Positions 61,612 through 64,000 of a stretch of DNA of 64,000 bases are shown here, one piece after another. The notes beneath the pieces are model-generated. The model did no database searches. It worked only from the letters and a program-made list of their open reading frames with translations, and was not told where the DNA came from. The position numbers were made by a program, and so were the translations under genes. The stretch covers positions 135,802 to 199,801 of the forward strand of contig CAIJMI010000005.1 of NCBI GenBank assembly GCA_903821745.1, in the 5' to 3' direction. Origin of the DNA: Candidatus Gottesmanbacteria bacterium (GTDB lineage: Bacteria > Patescibacteriota > Microgenomatia > UBA10105 > UBA927). The stretch's first letter is position 1. The number at the start of each line of letters is the position of its first letter.

Positions 61612-61851
61612 TTATGCGCGGACAATAAATGGCAACATTGCCATAAATCGTGCTCTCTTCAATTCTCGACCAATGGACCGTTGGTGGGTACTGCAGATAC
61701 CAGTACGTGCTTTTCCAAGAATTTTTCCCCGTTCACTCGTATATTTTAACAGTGCATTGACTTCTTTGTAGTCTGGTTCTGTTTTGTTTGCACAGAATGG
61801 ACAATTCTTTGCTACTGGTCGAAGTTTTGGTGCGCGTCGTGCAAATGCCAT
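61612..61851 (-). CDS. rpsR: 30S ribosomal protein S18
   Basis: CPFC, DYK, SERGKI, HQR, KRAR. Confidence 0.95.
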   Translation of the reverse strand: MAFARRAPKLRPVAKNCPFCANKTEPDYKEVNALLKYTSERGKILGKARTGICSTHQRSIGRELKRARFMAMLPFIVRA

Positions 61852-61864
61852 AAATATCCTTTAC

Positions 61865-62347
61865 TTAAAATGGTATATCGTCGGGATTAACTTGTTCGTT
61901 AACCTGTTCGGTAACCGGTGTTGTTTCTACGGGTGTTTCTACTTGTTTTTCAACGACTGGTGTTTCATCAACTGGTTCTGCCCCATGGGTTTCTTCTCCG
62001 TTTACTGGTCGTTTTGAATCCAAAATAATCATGTCCTCAATCACAACTTCCGTGGTGTTTCGTTGTGATCCATCTTGTCCCTGCCATTGATTCGTTCGAA
62101 GTCGTCCTTCAACATAAATCTTGCGCCCCTTTACCAAAAGTTGGCTGCAAAGTTCTGCAAGCTTGTTCCAGGCAACAACGCGGTGAAATTCTGTTTCTTC
62201 TTTCTTTTCTCCTGCTTCCGTTGTCCATTGGCGATTGGTTGCAAGACCGATCGTACAAACTGCAGCACCAGTTGGGGTATACCGAAGTTCTGGGTCGCGG
62301 GTTAAATTACCTATAAGCTGTACTTTATTTAAAGATCGAGATGACAT
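61865..62347 (-). CDS. ssb: Single-stranded DNA-binding protein
   Basis: NKVQLIGNLTRDPE, VEGRL, DDIPF tail. Confidence 0.97.
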   Translation of the reverse strand: MSSRSLNKVQLIGNLTRDPELRYTPTGAAVCTIGLATNRQWTTEAGEKKEETEFHRVVAWNKLAELCSQLLVKGRKIYVEGRLRTNQWQGQDGSQRNTTEVVIEDMIILDSKRPVNGEETHGAEPVDETPVVEKQVETPVETTPVTEQVNEQVNPDDIPF

Positions 62348-62348
62348 A

Positions 62349-62633
62349 TTACCCCTCCTTTTCAAGCAACATAAACCGAATTATGTCTGTTCCAAGCTTT
62401 GATTCCGTTTCAAGATCACCGGTTTTAAGAGCTGACCCAGCAAGTGTTGCAAGGATATAAATACCTTCTTTGTGTTTTTTAATGGGGTATGCCAATTCTT
62501 TTTTCCCAAGTACTGTCACTTCTTTCAGTGTTGCGCCTTTTACCAGCTTCAAAAGAAGCTCATCACGTTTTTTTGTGTCTTCCACAGGAAAATCGCTTTT
62601 GACAATGACCATCAATTCATAGGTTCGTTTCAT
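62349..62633 (-). CDS. rpsF: 30S ribosomal protein S6
   Basis: YELMVI, GKKELAYPIKK; rpsF-ssb-rpsR synteny. Confidence 0.93.
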   Translation of the reverse strand: MKRTYELMVIVKSDFPVEDTKKRDELLLKLVKGATLKEVTVLGKKELAYPIKKHKEGIYILATLAGSALKTGDLETESKLGTDIIRFMLLEKEG

Positions 62634-62681
62634 ACGAGGGATAATATCACAAAAGAAGGACTTGAGGCAATAAGAAAAAGC

Positions 62682-63764
62682 TTACGCTCCTATCTTAAAC
62701 TCAACCACATCCCCATCCTGCATCACGTACTCTCTTCCCTCTTGCCGTACATGTCCATGCTCCCGAGCGCCTTTCCATCCAGAAGATGCAATAAAGTCAG
62801 AAAAGGTGACACAATCGGCTTTAATAAATTTCTTTTCAAAATCCGTATGGATGACTCCTGCTGCCTGCGGTGCTTTGGTTCCCCGAACAATCGTCCAGGC
62901 TCTGGCTTCAATCACACCGGTTGTTAAAAACGAAATCAACCCCAGCATGTCATACGTTTTTTGAATCAAACGGTCAAGTCCAGACGTGGAAAGCCCAAGA
63001 GACGCAAGATAATCTTTTTGTTCTGCAGCAGAAAGACTGGCAAGTTCACTCTCGGTTTTTGCACAGATGACAATGGCATTCCCCAATTGTTTGATGACAT
63101 CTTCTTCCGCAGTTATCTGCGCTTCAGAGACATTCAGCACGTAGAGTACCGGTTTCATGGATAACAAATGCAAGTCATTGATCAATGCCCGCTCATCTTC
63201 ATCCGTAATGACATCTCGTGCGTTCTTTCCCTGATTCAAGGCTTCCTTCAAACGAACAACGAGATCCCATTTCTTTTGCGTATCATGATCAATTTTTCCT
63301 CGTGGTTCCTGTTGTTTCTCCAGAGTCTGCATGTCAGAAAAAATCAGTTCTGTTTCAATAATATCGCGGTCCCGAAGCGGATTAATTTCTCCCGCAACGT
63401 TAACGACCGTTGAGTCTTCAAAATACCGGACGACGTGACAGATAATATCGGTTTCTCGAATGTGGGATAAGAATTTGTTTCCCAAGCCCTCTCCCTGTGA
63501 TGCACCTTTCACCAAACCTGCAATATCGACAAACTCCACAATTGCTGGAACCAAGGGAGGCAATTTTTCCATTTTCTCTTCTGCTTTGGTAACTTCAGCA
63601 AGGGCAGCAAGCCGTACGTCCGGAACTGGAACGACACCGACGTTTGGCTCAATCGTACAAAACGGATACGGCGCGGCGTCAGCAACCTGTTTTTTTAAGA
63701 GTGCATTAAACAACGTACTCTTTCCTGCGTTTGGGAGACCAACGATGCCAATTCGTAAATTCAT
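62682..63764 (-). CDS. ychF: Redox-regulated ATPase YchF
   Basis: GLPNAGKST, YPFCTIEPN, DIAGLV, HTDFE, QDGDV. Confidence 0.97.
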   Translation of the reverse strand: MNLRIGIVGLPNAGKSTLFNALLKKQVADAAPYPFCTIEPNVGVVPVPDVRLAALAEVTKAEEKMEKLPPLVPAIVEFVDIAGLVKGASQGEGLGNKFLSHIRETDIICHVVRYFEDSTVVNVAGEINPLRDRDIIETELIFSDMQTLEKQQEPRGKIDHDTQKKWDLVVRLKEALNQGKNARDVITDEDERALINDLHLLSMKPVLYVLNVSEAQITAEEDVIKQLGNAIVICAKTESELASLSAAEQKDYLASLGLSTSGLDRLIQKTYDMLGLISFLTTGVIEARAWTIVRGTKAPQAAGVIHTDFEKKFIKADCVTFSDFIASSGWKGAREHGHVRQEGREYVMQDGDVVEFKIGA

Positions 63765-63766
63765 AC

Positions 63767-64000
63767 TCAGATTCTATCATGGACGTACCCAAATAACACA
63801 TCCTCAACTTGGTTTCTGTTCTGTTTAGTAAGTACATCTATGCGACAACGGGATAATACTATTCGGTTATCGATAGATATAGATTCATCAATGAGGGACA
63901 AAATGATATATGGATCATCATCCCCTGCAATACGGTTGACAGAAATTGCACCACAACCGAGACATCGATGAATAATCATAAGTTCTCCACTTATCTTTCC
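63767..64000 (-). CDS. RNHCP-domain protein (5'-partial)
   Basis: GELMIIHRCLGCG...NRIAGDD. Confidence 0.7.
   Translation of the reverse strand, partial: GKISGELMIIHRCLGCGAISVNRIAGDDDPYIILSLIDESISIDNRIVLSRCRIDVLTKQNRNQVEDVLFGYVHDRI

Overview
Gene-dense, AT-rich bacterial chromosomal segment of housekeeping genes: thrS-infC-rpmI-rplT, pheST, class A PBP, tyrS, recG, rpmF-nusB-rnc-rpsP-khpA-trmD, gyrB-hppA-gyrA, tgt, pepA, tRNA-Leu(CAA), dnaB, hisS, rpmE, a shortened prfA, rpsF-ssb-rpsR and ychF. It also holds a 13-kb type IV pilus cluster with no secretin, which contains a DUF2723-type glycosyltransferase. The gene content, shortened core proteins, sortase and apparently leaderless genes suggest a Patescibacteria/CPR (Microgenomates-like) genome; this is inference. 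The standout anomaly is a ~1.5-kb ORF-free region (41683-43224) upstream of a Xer-family tyrosine recombinase. It carries a 31-bp dif-like site next to the recombinase start codon, a second degenerate copy ~530 bp away, and a higher-order array of six 24-bp palindromes. Each palindrome has a fixed-distance tail motif, and the copies alternate in A/B type with a ~181-bp period. A compact T-box-like riboswitch precedes thrS. All motif calls were made by eye, with no database searches.
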